Of a DNA stretch of 64,000 nt, positions 36,144-47,911 are shown piece after piece. The position numbers were made by a program, and so were the translations under genes. The notes below the pieces were generated by a model, which was not told where the DNA came from, made no database searches, and worked only from the letters and a program-made list of their open reading frames with translations. The number at the start of each line of letters is the position of its first letter. Positions within the stretch are counted from its first letter, which is position 1. This DNA is from Mantamonas sphyraenae STR306 (lineage: Eukaryota; Protista; CRuMs), in contig JAPMXV010000040.1 in assembly GCA_026936335.1 (NCBI GenBank), positions 62,001 to 126,000 on the forward strand. Reading direction: 5' to 3'.

Positions 36144-38980
36144 TCACGCCTCGTCTTCGGAATCCGACGCGTCAAAGTCGTCAAAGTTGACCTGCTTCTG
36201 CTGGTAGAGCATGTTGGACAGGTTGTCGTTGCGGTTTGCCTTGCGCTTCTTGGCCTGCATGGCCTTGCGCATGCGCGAGCGGTAGGGCACATCCATGAGC
36301 GCGTCTGCCTCGGTGTTCACGCTGCCGCCTCCGCCAGAGGAGAACGAGGACATGGATGGGGCAGACTGTGCAGAAGCATAGGACTGTGCAGAAGCATAGG
36401 AATAGGAAGGAGCAGCCATCGCCTCCTCCAGGACATCCTCGTCATCCTCGTCGCTTACGCTGCCGTACCCGTCGGCGAGCTGCTCCTGCTGCTGGGCCAT
36501 GCGCAGGCCGGCGTCAAACATGTTTGTCTTCTTGACCCACTTCTTGGCAAACTTGGCCTGCGAGGGCTTGTGATACACGTTGCGTGCCATGAGGCGTGCG
36601 TTGGCGTGCTGATACTCGCGAGCACGTTCGTAGTCGCCACCCTGGGCAAGATTGGCTGCCTGTTGGGCCACAGCCATGCCCAGGATGCGAAAGTCGGCCT
36701 CCTTCTCTGCCTCCGAACGCTTGTTCGTCACTGATTGCGTCTTTGTGATCACACGGATCATCTTGGCGCCGTCCAGTTTCACATAGCGGATCTGCACCTG
36801 GAATGGCAGCTCCTTGAGCTCGGGCTCCGTGTCCACGTTGCCGTTGCTGCTGCTGGCGGTGTCTGCGTCTGCACCCGTGGTGTCCGTGGTGGTGGTGGTG
36901 GTCGTGGTCGTGCTGTCGCCGCTGCTGCTGCTGTTTCCTGCGCCCGTGTTGCCTCCCAGCGCTTTCGATGGCTTATCCTCGTCCTCCGGATCCTGCACTT
37001 TGACGTCGTCATCTTCGTCATTGGGCAAAGCTTCCATAGCTTGAGGCGGCTTGGGCGGATGCATCATCTCGCCACGGCCGCTGACATCCGTGTAGCCGTC
37101 GTTGTTGCCGCCGAACCAGGTGCTCGGGTGCAACAGGTCGACGTGGGGTTGCGGAGCCACCTCGTCCTCATCCTCACCACCATCCGCCTCAAGGACGATT
37201 TCGGGCTCGGGTTCGGGCTCCTTCTTGGACTTGGGGAAGCGCACCTTGTCGCGGCGCACCGCATACTCGAGCGCAATGTCGGTGCCGACAGAAACGTTGC
37301 CGATGTTGCGATAGGCCTTGTTGCCGCTGACATTGGCCTCGTTGCGGAAGGCCATGCGCTTGTGGAGGAGGAAGGTGACCTCGCAGTTGGTGGCCACAAT
37401 GTTGTTCTTGAGCAGGTTGCTGAACTGGCTCTCCAGTGTCAACGGGTTCACCTTGTCCACCTTGCCACCTGTGATGTCACACACATTGCCCAGCTGCTCC
37501 AGACGACACTCTTCGCCCTCAATCGATACCACAGACACAGACACACCGTTGTCCTTTGCGTAGTTGGCCACGTCCACGAAAAACTCGTCCACTGCATCCA
37601 TGGCCGAGCCCTTGAGTCCCTCCATCGCACCCACGCCCACGTTGGACAGACCATCCGTGCACAACACAATGCGTGAGCCAGACTGACCTGCAGCCACAGC
37701 CATGGACACCGCAAGCACAAGGGCAGGACCCAACGCAGTGGCTCCGCTCGGCTCCAGGCCAAACAGACGCTTCTGCAGCTGTGCATGCGCATCCTTGACG
37801 TTGTTCTCCACGCTCACGCCTGCTCCAATCTGTTTCAATGCCTCGTAGTCGTTCAGCTTGTCGCCAGCCACAGTGATAGCTGTGTCGCTGCCGTCGCCAA
37901 TGATCTGCACCTTGTTGTCAAAGGTGAGCAGTCCCACCTTCTTGCCCGGGTTCTGTGCCACCAATGCCTCCAGTTGGGCATCCACAGCTGCCTGCACACA
38001 CTCCAGACGCGACACAAAAGTGGTGGAAGGCATGAATCCGGCACCTCCACCTCCAAACTCCGCCTGCAGCCTGGCCATCTCCTCGTCCACTTCCTTCTTG
38101 ATGCGCAGTTCCACACCACTGGGCACCTCTGTCGTGGACACCATCGACCCAGACGTGTCCATCACAAAGAGCACCAGGCCTTCGTCTTCGCCGCTGCTCC
38201 CGTTGGACGAACTCTGCGGCGCTGGCTCCACAATGTAGTCGGTCACCTCGCTCTGGGGCATCTCTGCCTCGTCCAGAAAGACGTCGTTGGTGGTGTCACA
38301 AAACTCACACTTCCACGTCTGCTCGCCCATCTCGCCCTCAATCTTGCTGTGCACGCTCAGCGCAGCGTTGCAGAACTTGCAGTGCACTGCATCGCCCGTC
38401 ATCACAGACGCGTCCGACGCAAGCGTGCCCAAACGGATGCTCACCACGTTTGTGTCGGCTTTGCGGATGTGCATCTGTCGCAGAACCGGCGGCGGCGGCG
38501 GCGGCGGCGATTTCCGTGTCAGCTGGAGAATTCTGTGCTTGAAAAAAAAGGCACCACACAAAAGAGTGGGGTGCAGCCCACACACGCATGCTGAACGCGC
38601 ATCGTTGCACGTATGCATGTGTGCGTGTGTGTGTGTGTGCTTGTGGCTGTGTGTGACAAACTCACGTGGCGCCTCTTGGACTTCTCCTTGCGCTTTGGCA
38701 GCCCAACCATTGGGCTTGCGCCAAACAACCCTCCTAGCACGTCGCCGATGCGCGTGGTGATAGAACTGGCGCTGGCCTGCGAGTTGGTCCCCTCATTGGC
38801 GAGCATCCCCATGCCCGGTCCGTCGCTTAGCTGGCGCTCCAGCTCCACAGCCTCCTCCTTGGTGGCCCGTTCAAAGACCTCGTCGAGGTCGCAGTCAAAG
38901 TCGTCTTCAGAGACGCTTTCCATGCTCGACGCGCTGTCGTAGCCGTCATCCACGTATGCAAAGTTGCTAGCAAAATCCAT
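36144..38980 (-). CDS. Sec23/24-type zinc finger plus vWA protein (CPRAS1-like, no Ras domain); intron 38475-38665
   Basis: TGDAVHCKFC...WKCEFC, vWA MIDAS FVMDTSGSM, SRLECVQAAV, GATALGPAL, LCTDGLSNVGVG. Confidence 0.85.
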
Positions 38981-39165
38981 GTTTGCTCAAAAGGGTTTTT
39001 ATGTGTGTGTTGGCGCAGTGTCGGGACGTTTTGAATCCGAACGAACGCAAACCAAGATATTTCCAATGAAACCACAAACACACCCACACACACACACACA
39101 ACTGAGGCAACCACGGGAATCATCTTTTCGACGCTTATGTGTACATTTTTGTCGAACCCAACCAA

Positions 39166-40077
39166 TTACATGGCCTTGGCCTTGATCTTGGTGCCGTCCA
39201 GGAGGATGGCCTTGCCACCGGTGGGCTGGCACAGCACAGAGCTGCAGTTGCCGCACAGGACCACGGTCTGGGCGTGGCTGAACACGGTGGTGAGCTGGCG
39301 GCAGCCAACGCACTTGGCATCCAGGAACTGGCTGTTGGGCGACTGCACCAGGCGCTTAAGCTTGTGCTTGCCTTGCTCCTCTTCCTCGGACGGGTTCAGC
39401 AGATCAGAATACAGCTGTAGAGGATGCATCATCACACAGAGTCAGTCACCTGCGCATCCAATTCCTCTTCCCATCCATGCCTCTGTCCCCCCGTGCCCTC
39501 TTCTCGTATGCCGAGCAGGGCGTCCAGACGCCGTGTGCAGCGAGGGCATTTTTTCAGCGAAGCGCATGTTTGCCACATGCCCTCTGCCTCCCTCGTGCCA
39601 CACACACGCACACACGCGCCATTCCACACATGCCACATGCATGCCACTCGCCATGCACATCTCCATGCGGGTGTGCGGGATTCCACAGGGCCTCTGGGTC
39701 GTACAGTGGGTGCGTGCAGAGGGACAAAGGCCAACATGCACTTTCGCCTGTTCGCCAGCCCTCGTTTCACGCCTCCCACACCACCCACAGGCCACTGTGC
39801 ACACTCGCACACCCTCCGCTGCACACATGCACACTGTCCCTCCTGCATGTGCCTGTGCTTGTGTCCTCACATGGCGCGTGCGACGCTGCAAGGGCTGGAA
39901 CTCTTCCGCGAAAATGCAGCTCAGAGCATTTTTCCACATCCCCCCCCGCAGCTCGCGCCGCCCCTCTCGCGTCCATGCTACGCAACACAAGCACGTCACA
40001 CGCAAATGGGCACATGTGTGCACAGTGCACCGGGTCCTGGTCTCTCGGTTCTCATCATGCGTGTCACATACCGGCAT
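39166..40077 (-). CDS. RPS27: 40S ribosomal protein S27 (eS27); 6-nt first coding exon 40072-40077, intron 39415-40071
   Basis: DLLNPS...[19 protein letters not shown]...[31 protein letters not shown]|GTATGT donor and CTACAG acceptor give MPLYSDLL. Confidence 0.92.
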
Positions 40078-40145
40078 AATTCAGTAGTTGTTTTCGATAG
40101 CCGAGCCAGCGCACGCCGCGCCAACCCACATCAACCACACTGCAA

Positions 40146-42686
40146 ATGCGCACTGCCCACGTGATTGCACTTGCAACAATTGCTTTTTGCCTGGTGGCCT
40201 GCGTGACAGCACAGCCCAAGGTCATGAAAGCTGGCGAGCGTTTGCCAGTGCCCAAGCACTACTCGCGCGGCTCGCGCGTCCAGGAAGGCCACACCGTCGA
40301 CCTCATCCTCGCCCTGCCCCTGCGCAACACCGATGAGTTCACGGATAGGTTTTGGAAGGTCAGCGACCCATCGCACCCGAGCTACGGCCAGTATCTTTCG
40401 GTGGAACAGTTGCGCACTGCCTACGGCGCCGCCCAGGAGCACATTGACGCCACCCAGCGCTGGTGTGACAAGCATGCCATGGCCTGCAAAGTGGGCCAGC
40501 ACCACGACACCGTGTCTGTGTCCATGCTGGCCACCGAGGCCGAGCGCCAGTTTGCCGTGGAATTGCACGAGTGGAAGGACACCCAGCGTGGCGACACGCG
40601 CATCATGGCTGACCGCCACCACTCTCTGCCCGACGAACTGTCCTTTGTCACCCACGTCGGTGGCCTCCACGAGTTCCACCACATCAACATGAAGCCCGTG
40701 AGCAAGCCAACCGCATTTGCGTGGACGGCTGCCCACAACGCCCTCCACCCTGCCGGACTTCCCATCTCCTACCGTACCGACGTCAGCCCCCAACAGCTGA
40801 CTGCCCAGGCGGCCACTGTCCTCGGTGACAATCCCATCAACAAGACAACCATTGTGGTGGGCACCCACAGCTCCCTCAACTCCTACTTCTTTGTCTTCTT
40901 TGCCTGTGCCGACGGTTCCAAGGCCCAACGCGACACCAACAACCGCTTCTGCTACGGAAAGGCCAAGGACAACGACACCACCGCCTTTGTGTCCTCCCTG
41001 ACCCTCTTTGTTGATGTTGTCTCCCACCAGGGCCTCAGCGCCTCAACGGCGCCCCAGACCTTTGACCTCACCGACCCTGCCCTGGGAACCTTTACCTCGT
41101 TGGGCAACTTCACTGTCGTGGCCCTGCGCCTCCGTGGCCTCATCAGCTACCAGCCCAACACTGTGCGTGTGGTCACCACCCTCAGCGACGGCTCCAACTG
41201 GGCGCCCACCTCGACGCAGATCACCCCAGAGGCGTACACCACTCTGGACAACCTTCACGAGATCTACCGCATCCCTCGCCGTGCCCAGGCCAAGCAGGCC
41301 GCCTCTGTGCAGGCCTTTGCCTCCTTCACCCTCACCGCAGGCATTGCCCCGTCCGACATCAGCACTTTTGAGCGACTCATGGACGTGGACATCGAAGATC
41401 TGGCCCAGACCAAGGGACACAACGCGTTTGATCCCAACAACCCTCAACAGACCCTGGACCTGGAGGCTTCCCTCGACTCGCAGACCATGCTCTCGGTGGG
41501 TCGCGGCGTCGACACCTGGTACATCCTCAGCAACGGGTACATGGTGGAGTACATCACCAAGGTTCTGGGCTTTACCGACGCCCACACGCCGCTTGTGCAC
41601 AGCATCAGCTACGGTGCGGAGGAGCACTATCTGGACGCCAGCAGCAAGCAGTTCCTGGACGATCGTCTGAAGATGCTCGGCCTCAAGGGTGTCACTGTCT
41701 TTGCCTCCTCGGGTGACGACGGTGTGGGAGGCAACTCCAACAACTGCACCCGCTTCAAGGCATCGTACCCTGCCACGTCGCCGTATGTGACGTCCGTGGG
41801 TGCCACCATGCGCACCAAGGACACACGCAGCTTCTGCTCGTCGGGCTTCATCGGCAGCGTTGTTTCCATGCTCGAGTGCACCTCTGTCGGCGAGCGTGTG
41901 TGCAGCACAGAGACAGGTGGCATCATCACAAGTGGTGGCGGCTTCTCCGACGCATGGACCATCAACGAGGCTCCGTACCAGCGTGATGCCGTGGCCAACT
42001 TTTTCGAACGCGCCGCACTCAACGGCCAGCTGCCCGACGGGAGCAGGTACAACGCAAACGGCCGTGGCTTCCCGGACATGGCCATGCTGGGTCACAACTT
42101 TGTGATTGTGGGCGCCGGACAGACCACTCTGGTGGACGGCACATCCGCGTCCAGCCCGGCCACTGCTGCCATGTTTGCCATCATCAACGACCGCCGCCTG
42201 GCCTCGGGCATGCCTGCCCTGGGTTTCCTCAACCCTTTCCTGTACCAAGCGGCTGCACGCCACCCAGAGTCGTTTACAGACATCACCTCGGGCAACAACA
42301 AGTGTGCTCGCTATGGCAAGGCCTGCTGCCAACAGGGGTTCTATGCCACCGTTGGATGGGATCCGGCGACGGGATTGGGCACTCCCAACTTCCCGTCCCT
42401 GTTTGCACTGGCCATGGACCCGCAAGGCCCCAACGGCTTCACCAACAGCTTTGTGGACATGGCCACCACAGGTGCGCAGGGCCCAACCGGTCCCCAGGGT
42501 CCCGCTGGCATGGATGCCACCACACCCAACGGTTCTGCCATGAGCCCCGTCGAGCAGGTTCTCCTCTATGTCGCTCTGGGCCTGTCTGCCCTCGTGGCCG
42601 TCGCCGTCGTCGTCATCTATGTGCGCTCGCGCAACGAAAACAGCGTCGAGGCCAGCAACGGCGCACGCTACAGCCATCTGGGATAA
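40146..42686 (+). CDS. Sedolisin (S53)/tripeptidyl-peptidase I-like protease with signal peptide and C-terminal TM
   Basis: Pro-kumamolisin motif VSDPSHPSYGQYLS, EASLD, SISYG, FASSGDDG, PATSPYVTSVGAT, GRGFPD, DGTSASSP, GWDPATGLGTPN. Confidence 0.93.
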   Translation: MRTAHVIALATIAFCLVACVTAQPKVMKAGERLPVPKHYSRGSRVQEGHTVDLILALPLRNTDEFTDRFWKVSDPSHPSYGQYLSVEQLRTAYGAAQEHIDATQRWCDKHAMACKVGQHHDTVSVSMLATEAERQFAVELHEWKDTQRGDTRIMADRHHSLPDELSFVTHVGGLHEFHHINMKPVSKPTAFAWTAAHNALHPAGLPISYRTDVSPQQLTAQAATVLGDNPINKTTIVVGTHSSLNSYFFVFFACADGSKAQRDTNNRFCYGKAKDNDTTAFVSSLTLFVDVVSHQGLSASTAPQTFDLTDPALGTFTSLGNFTVVALRLRGLISYQPNTVRVVTTLSDGSNWAPTSTQITPEAYTTLDNLHEIYRIPRRAQAKQAASVQAFASFTLTAGIAPSDISTFERLMDVDIEDLAQTKGHNAFDPNNPQQTLDLEASLDSQTMLSVGRGVDTWYILSNGYMVEYITKVLGFTDAHTPLVHSISYGAEEHYLDASSKQFLDDRLKMLGLKGVTVFASSGDDGVGGNSNNCTRFKASYPATSPYVTSVGATMRTKDTRSFCSSGFIGSVVSMLECTSVGERVCSTETGGIITSGGGFSDAWTINEAPYQRDAVANFFERAALNGQLPDGSRYNANGRGFPDMAMLGHNFVIVGAGQTTLVDGTSASSPATAAMFAIINDRRLASGMPALGFLNPFLYQAAARHPESFTDITSGNNKCARYGKACCQQGFYATVGWDPATGLGTPNFPSLFALAMDPQGPNGFTNSFVDMATTGAQGPTGPQGPAGMDATTPNGSAMSPVEQVLLYVALGLSALVAVAVVVIYVRSRNENSVEASNGARYSHLG

Positions 42687-42741
42687 GTGTCGCGTCAAGC
42701 AGAACAATGTGCAGACACACGCACCCACCAAATGAATGAGT

Positions 42742-44024
42742 TCATGTGCGCGATCCCTTGCGTTGCCTTGCAAAGTCCAGAAAGTCTTGGGCGTGGCCCT
42801 TCTTGCGATGGTTGCTGCTGCTGCTGCTGCTGTTGCTGCTTCCACTGCTCTGCTTCTGCTTTCGACTGCGTTTGCGTGCGCCACTTCGCCCTCTGTTCCA
42901 ATCTTGGTCGTCGTCATCGTCGTCGTCCTCAAAGTCGTCGGGCACCACAAACCCGTCCAGCGAGTCCTCTGCCATCCCCATGTCAAAGTCGGCGTCCCCG
43001 TCCAGGTCGTCAATCACAAACGTATCGTCCGCGTCCTCGTCATCCTCATCGTACAGCTGTACGCGCTTGCGTTTGCGCTGGCTGCGTCGCCGCGGGCGTG
43101 GAGGTCGACTCACAGAAGCTGACGATGACGACAGCTCCTCCTTCTCCTCCTCTTCATCATCGTCCACCAGAATGGGGCGTGCCAATGTTCTTGTGCTGCT
43201 TGTCACACTGCCTCCTCCACGCTGTGCACTCACAACTGGTCCGTCGTGTGTGGCCTCTTCCATTGCCACCATCTCCTGCACCTCGGCTGTATCCATCCTC
43301 TCCAACACCAGAGAGTCATCCTTTGCTTCCTCTTCCTTCTCATCTTCCTCCCCTTCCTCCTCTTCCCCATCAGTCTCATCATCCGCCTGCGGGGGCTGTC
43401 CTTCGTCGAACAAAAGCGAATCCAGGTCCAACTCGGCGCTTTGGAACCGTGCCAGCGGCTTACGTTCCTGTTGGGCCTCAAATCGCTGCCTGGCTTGCAG
43501 TTCTCGCTTCTGTCTCAGCGACAGGACAGGGGAGATGGGCGGTGGCGACACAGGACGGCGTCGACCCAGAGCGCGATTGATCACCACGAAGCGGTATCGG
43601 GAACCCTTGAGGGAAAACACGTCGCCATGGCGCAGACGTGCATCATTGCCTTGTTCCACACGCTGTGGAGTGTCCAAACGCCCCTGCAGAAACACATGCA
43701 CAGGCGCCTTTGAGTTTGCACTCTGCACAGCAAGGACGGCGGTGTGAGCGAAGTTGTGAGCAACAAGCGCCGATTGTGAGGGATACAAGGGTTCACACGC
43801 ACCAATTTTGCAATGCAGAGGGTGTCTGTGTGTTCTTCTTGCAGCTGAATGTGGCGGCGAGGCACTGTGGCATCGCGAGGCAGACCCAGACGGTGCAGGA
43901 CATGACGACCGAGAAAAACCGTGGCAGCCTGGAGGGCGTAGTGATCGGCATGCTTGAGAGCATTGTCCATCCACAAATCGAGGTCACACACAGAGTCTGG
44001 CACGGGCACGACACGCAGGGACAT
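42742..44024 (-). CDS. FHA-like (aprataxin/PNKP-type) domain protein with an acidic/basic tail; intron 43723-43802
   Basis: VFLGR, DATVPRRHIQL, LRHGDVFSL..SRYRFVV; NLS-like RKRKR. Confidence 0.65.
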
Positions 44025-44080
44025 GGGCAGATGAATGCGGCAGCGCTTGCAACAGGACGTCGGGTTTCAGGTGGTCGAGG

Positions 44081-45605
44081 ATGAGCAGTAGCCACGGGGA
44101 ACAACAGGACGAGGGTGCGGTGGTGAGTGCAGAGCTTGTGTGGAGCCATGTGGTGGCGTCTGGAGATGCACCAGCACCACGGATGGGCCACTCCAGCTTT
44201 GTGGTGCTGCACGGGGAAACCAGCTTCACGCTGGTTGGCAGCACCACCACCACGGGCGAATCCCCTGCTCAACAGCGGGTGCAAGATGAAACAGAGCAGG
44301 GTGCAAGCAGCAGTGGCAGTGCTGGCAAAGGACAGGACAGCGACAAGGTGGAGGACGAGGGCGAGGCAATCGACCAAGGATTCACGCTCTTCGGCTTTGC
44401 AGGCGCGGACGGCGAAAATGTGCTGGCCGACATGTACATGTTTGACGCAGGTGGGTGTGCATGGACACAGTGTGAGGGTGGTACAAGCCGACGCAGATTC
44501 GGAGGCTGGCAAGGGGTGAAGACACGCATGAGACCGTGGGCACGCGTGTGAAGGGCGAAAGGGCGCGCTCGCTGACACTGATGGAGTTTGACGTGTGGCG
44601 GACCGTTAGAGGAAGGCACGTGGAGCAAGGTGGACACAGTGGGCACGAGCCCAGACGGACGCTACGAGCAACGCATGTGTGTGTTGCCCATGGATACGGC
44701 CAATGAGGACGACAAGGGACGGCTTCTTCTGTTTGGAGGCGCAAGCAAAGAGAAACCGCTGGCCGATCTGCACGAACTGGATCTTCGTACGTTGGGGGAG
44801 GTGGTGTGGCCAACCACGTCCAACCAGGCACCCAAAGCTGACACACGATGTATACGCATTCAACCACTGGACCCACTGGACCCACACAGAGGAATTCCGA
44901 TGGACACAGGTTCTGAGTGGGGAGGAGGAGGCAGCGCCGGAAGCGAGGGTGTTGCACACGTTTGAGTGTGTGCCATGGGCAGAACGGTGTCTTGTGCTGG
45001 GCGGGTCGAGCACAGGAGACACACCAGTGGACGATGCACAGGGGATGCACTCGCTGGACTACATTCAGAGCAAATGGGAGACGGTGGAGTGCACGGGCAC
45101 CTCGCCCTTCCCTCGTTTTGGTCACGCCTCATGTGTGCGCAGACAGAACAAGGATGTGCTTGTGTTTGGCGGCAGTGTGGGTGGAGGCAACATGGCGGAC
45201 ACACTTGTGTATGTTCTGGACGTGGAAACTCACAGTTGGAGCACTCTGGAGGTCACCGGAGACGCCCCATCGCCTCGTTTTGGCCACTCCATGCTGCTCA
45301 CCCATGACGAACAGTATGTGATTGTATTGGGTGGTGCCACAATGCAGGGCATGTGTGAGGATGTCCATGTGCTCGACCTCCACGCAGCTGCTTGGTTGCC
45401 ATCCACCCACATTCAACAACGAGGCGATGTGCCTGCTGCTCGTCTGGACTCGGGACTGGCCTGGGTCCATCATGCAGATGGTGTCCTTGCCCTCTTTGGC
45501 GGCCTCACTGCACAGGGCATTGGGAACGATCTCAGCGTGGCTCGCTTCCGCGTCGTTTCCAGCACAGACCAGCAGGGAGAGGATTTGGATGCACAGGACA
45601 CGTAG
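44081..45605 (+). CDS. Kelch-repeat beta-propeller protein; introns 44451-44609, 44787-44889
   Basis: Repeats GDAPAPRMGHS, LLLFGG, PFPRFGHAS..VFGG, GDAPSPRFGHS, LALFGG. Confidence 0.9.
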
Positions 45606-45645
45606 TTTGGGGTGGTGGAGTAGTGGGCACAATGGAAGTTGGAAA

Positions 45646-46942
45646 TCACAGTTTCATTGTGTCGTGGTCGGCCGCCGCGGCTTGCTTGGCAATGCCTGCA
45701 CGGAACCACTGTGTGGGCACTGTGGTGTGTTTGATATCCGCCGGCTGCTCGAGAAAGTCGAGCAGCTCACGTTGGAAGCGCTTGTAGGCGTCGCTGCGGT
45801 AGTGATCGTTGAGGGCAAACTCGGATTCCCACAACGAGTACAGATGGAAGGAACCCGGCAAGTCGTCGGCATCCTCTTGGTTGACACAGTTGTATGTGCA
45901 ATCTTCATCCACATCCAGGGCCAGGATGTACCGCTGCAGGGTCTTGTTGAACCCGGCCACTGCACGCACATTGACGTTGAATTCCCACACCACCAACGTG
46001 GACATGGAGTCGTCCACCAAGCCCTGAACCGCATCTCCAGACACATCCAACTGCTCCAGAAATTCCGACTGCACACGCTTGGCAATCGGCGTCACCACCT
46101 GCGCTTCCACAACTTGCGACATCTTGCTCAGGCGCTCCAGCTGCTCCTCCAGCTGCAACACACCCATGTGGCCCGTCTTGTTTGCCAGATCCTGCCCATG
46201 CGTGCGTGTGTGCGAGTCCACAGACGCCTCTTCCTCCTCCTCGGGCGCCGAACGGCCCAGCTTGCGCTTCGTGCGCTTCTCCTGCTCCGACAGACCTGCC
46301 TGCAGCGGCTGGAACAGGTGCTCGATCTGACGTGTCGCCTCACGGAAGTAGAATCGCGTACGGTATTGCTCGTTGTATGTTTGTTGCGTGTAGTCCTGTG
46401 TGTGGTGTGTGGGGCGCCTCCCCGCTGATGTCAGCCCAAGCCGCTCCCCTCCCAAATTTGTGACTAGCACACAAAGAGCCCAAGCACACGCCACATGCAC
46501 CCAACCGGCACATACAGCACACCTACCTTGTGTGTTTCGTTCAATGCCTTCATGATGCTCTGGTGCGTGTCTGCAAATGCGCCGTACAACGACGAGAAGC
46601 GCTCAAAGTCCTCCATGAAGTAGCTCAGCAGTTCCGACGTGGAGATCGTCCCGTCTCCGTCCGTGTCGATGTACGAAAACAGCTTGAGCATCTCGTCTTC
46701 GGTGAGCAGACCGTCCGAGAAGTACTCTGCAAACTCCTCCTGGCTCAGCGAGCCATCGTCTGCGGGTGCGGGAGGGGCAAGCGTGTGAGGACACGGAACG
46801 CCGCAAAGCAACAAAGTGGGAAGGCACACGCACCATTCTTGTCGGCTCGGCGGAAGATATCCTGGAACAAAGCCTCGCCAGCCTGTTTGTCGACAGTGGA
46901 TGTGGATGCGGAGGACGACGACGACGACGACGATGACGACAT
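45646..46942 (-). CDS. NECAB: NECAB-like protein (EF-hand pair, NECAB helical region, C-terminal ABM domain); introns 46760-46833, 46396-46526
   Basis: [29 protein letters not shown]...IDTDGDGTISTSEL...SIMKALNETHKDY...EQYRTRFYFREATRQI, then ABM-like FHLYSLWESEFALNDHYRSDAYKRFQRELLDFLEQP. Confidence 0.88.
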
Positions 46943-46994
46943 GGTCGGAGACAAGGCGGAAGGGTTGCGGCAGGGGGGGCAACACAGGGGGGCG

Positions 46995-47856
46995 ATGAGC
47001 ATGGAGGTGGATGTACAGTCACAAATGGAACACCTTTGGCGGTTGGGTGTGGCCATGGGTGACCAAGGCTTCACACAGCTTGCCAGTATTTATCTGTAGG
47101 TGGTGCAAAAGGGGACGCATGGACAAACGGCAAGCTCACACAGGGGAACATATGGGACACCACAGCGACAAGGCAAGGACACTGGCGTGGAACCATGGCA
47201 TGTCGCTGGGCAGAACCATGCGCCAAAGCACATGCACGTTTTGCACGGCGCCGCTAGAAGGCAGCGCAGCACGGGTGCGCCTTGTGCCCTGGAAGAGGCT
47301 AGGAAGCGAGGAGCGCAGTCGGTTCCAGCTTGCTCGAAGCACACAGCTGGTGTGTGTGTTGGAATGCACGGCTTGTGGGAAGCGACAGTGCATTGCAGCA
47401 GGAACACAGGAGGACAAGCCTCAGGCAACGAACAAACGGACGGCGGGAGGCAACAAGACGAAGAAGAAGCACACGGGAGTCAACCCATCCAAGTTGACAC
47501 AGCACGGGATCACTGCGGAGGTGAAGAGTGTGCGTGTGGGCATCAGCAGCAACGGGCAAACCGCGAAGCAACCCGTGACCCAGCGACATCCACACGCACA
47601 GACCATGCCATCGGCAGCGACGGCACAGAAGAGGACACTAAACAAGAAGAAAGAGAAGCGGAAGCAGCTGAAGGAAATGATGGCAGCACAGAAGGAACGA
47701 CACAGCGGAGGAGGGGGCCATGCTCAGCACGGAGGAGGTCTGGAGAAGAAGAAGAAGAAAGGCAAACAGAAGCAGATGGATGATGATTCGGGAGGGGGTG
47801 ATGCAACCAATTCAGCGGCAGCAAAGGCCCTACGCAGTTTCCTCTCATCCCTTTGA
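46995..47856 (+). CDS. RPP21: RNase P/MRP subunit Rpp21/Rpr2/Snm1-like, with basic tail; intron 47096-47165
   Basis: QMEHLWR...LASIYLDKARTLA...RQSTCTFC...RVR...CTACGKRQ zinc ribbon; Lys-rich C-terminus. Confidence 0.72.
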
Positions 47857-47911
47857 GGGACCAGAGAGAACGGGAGGACAAGAGGAGAGGCCGCGCTGTG
47901 AAAGCCAAGCA

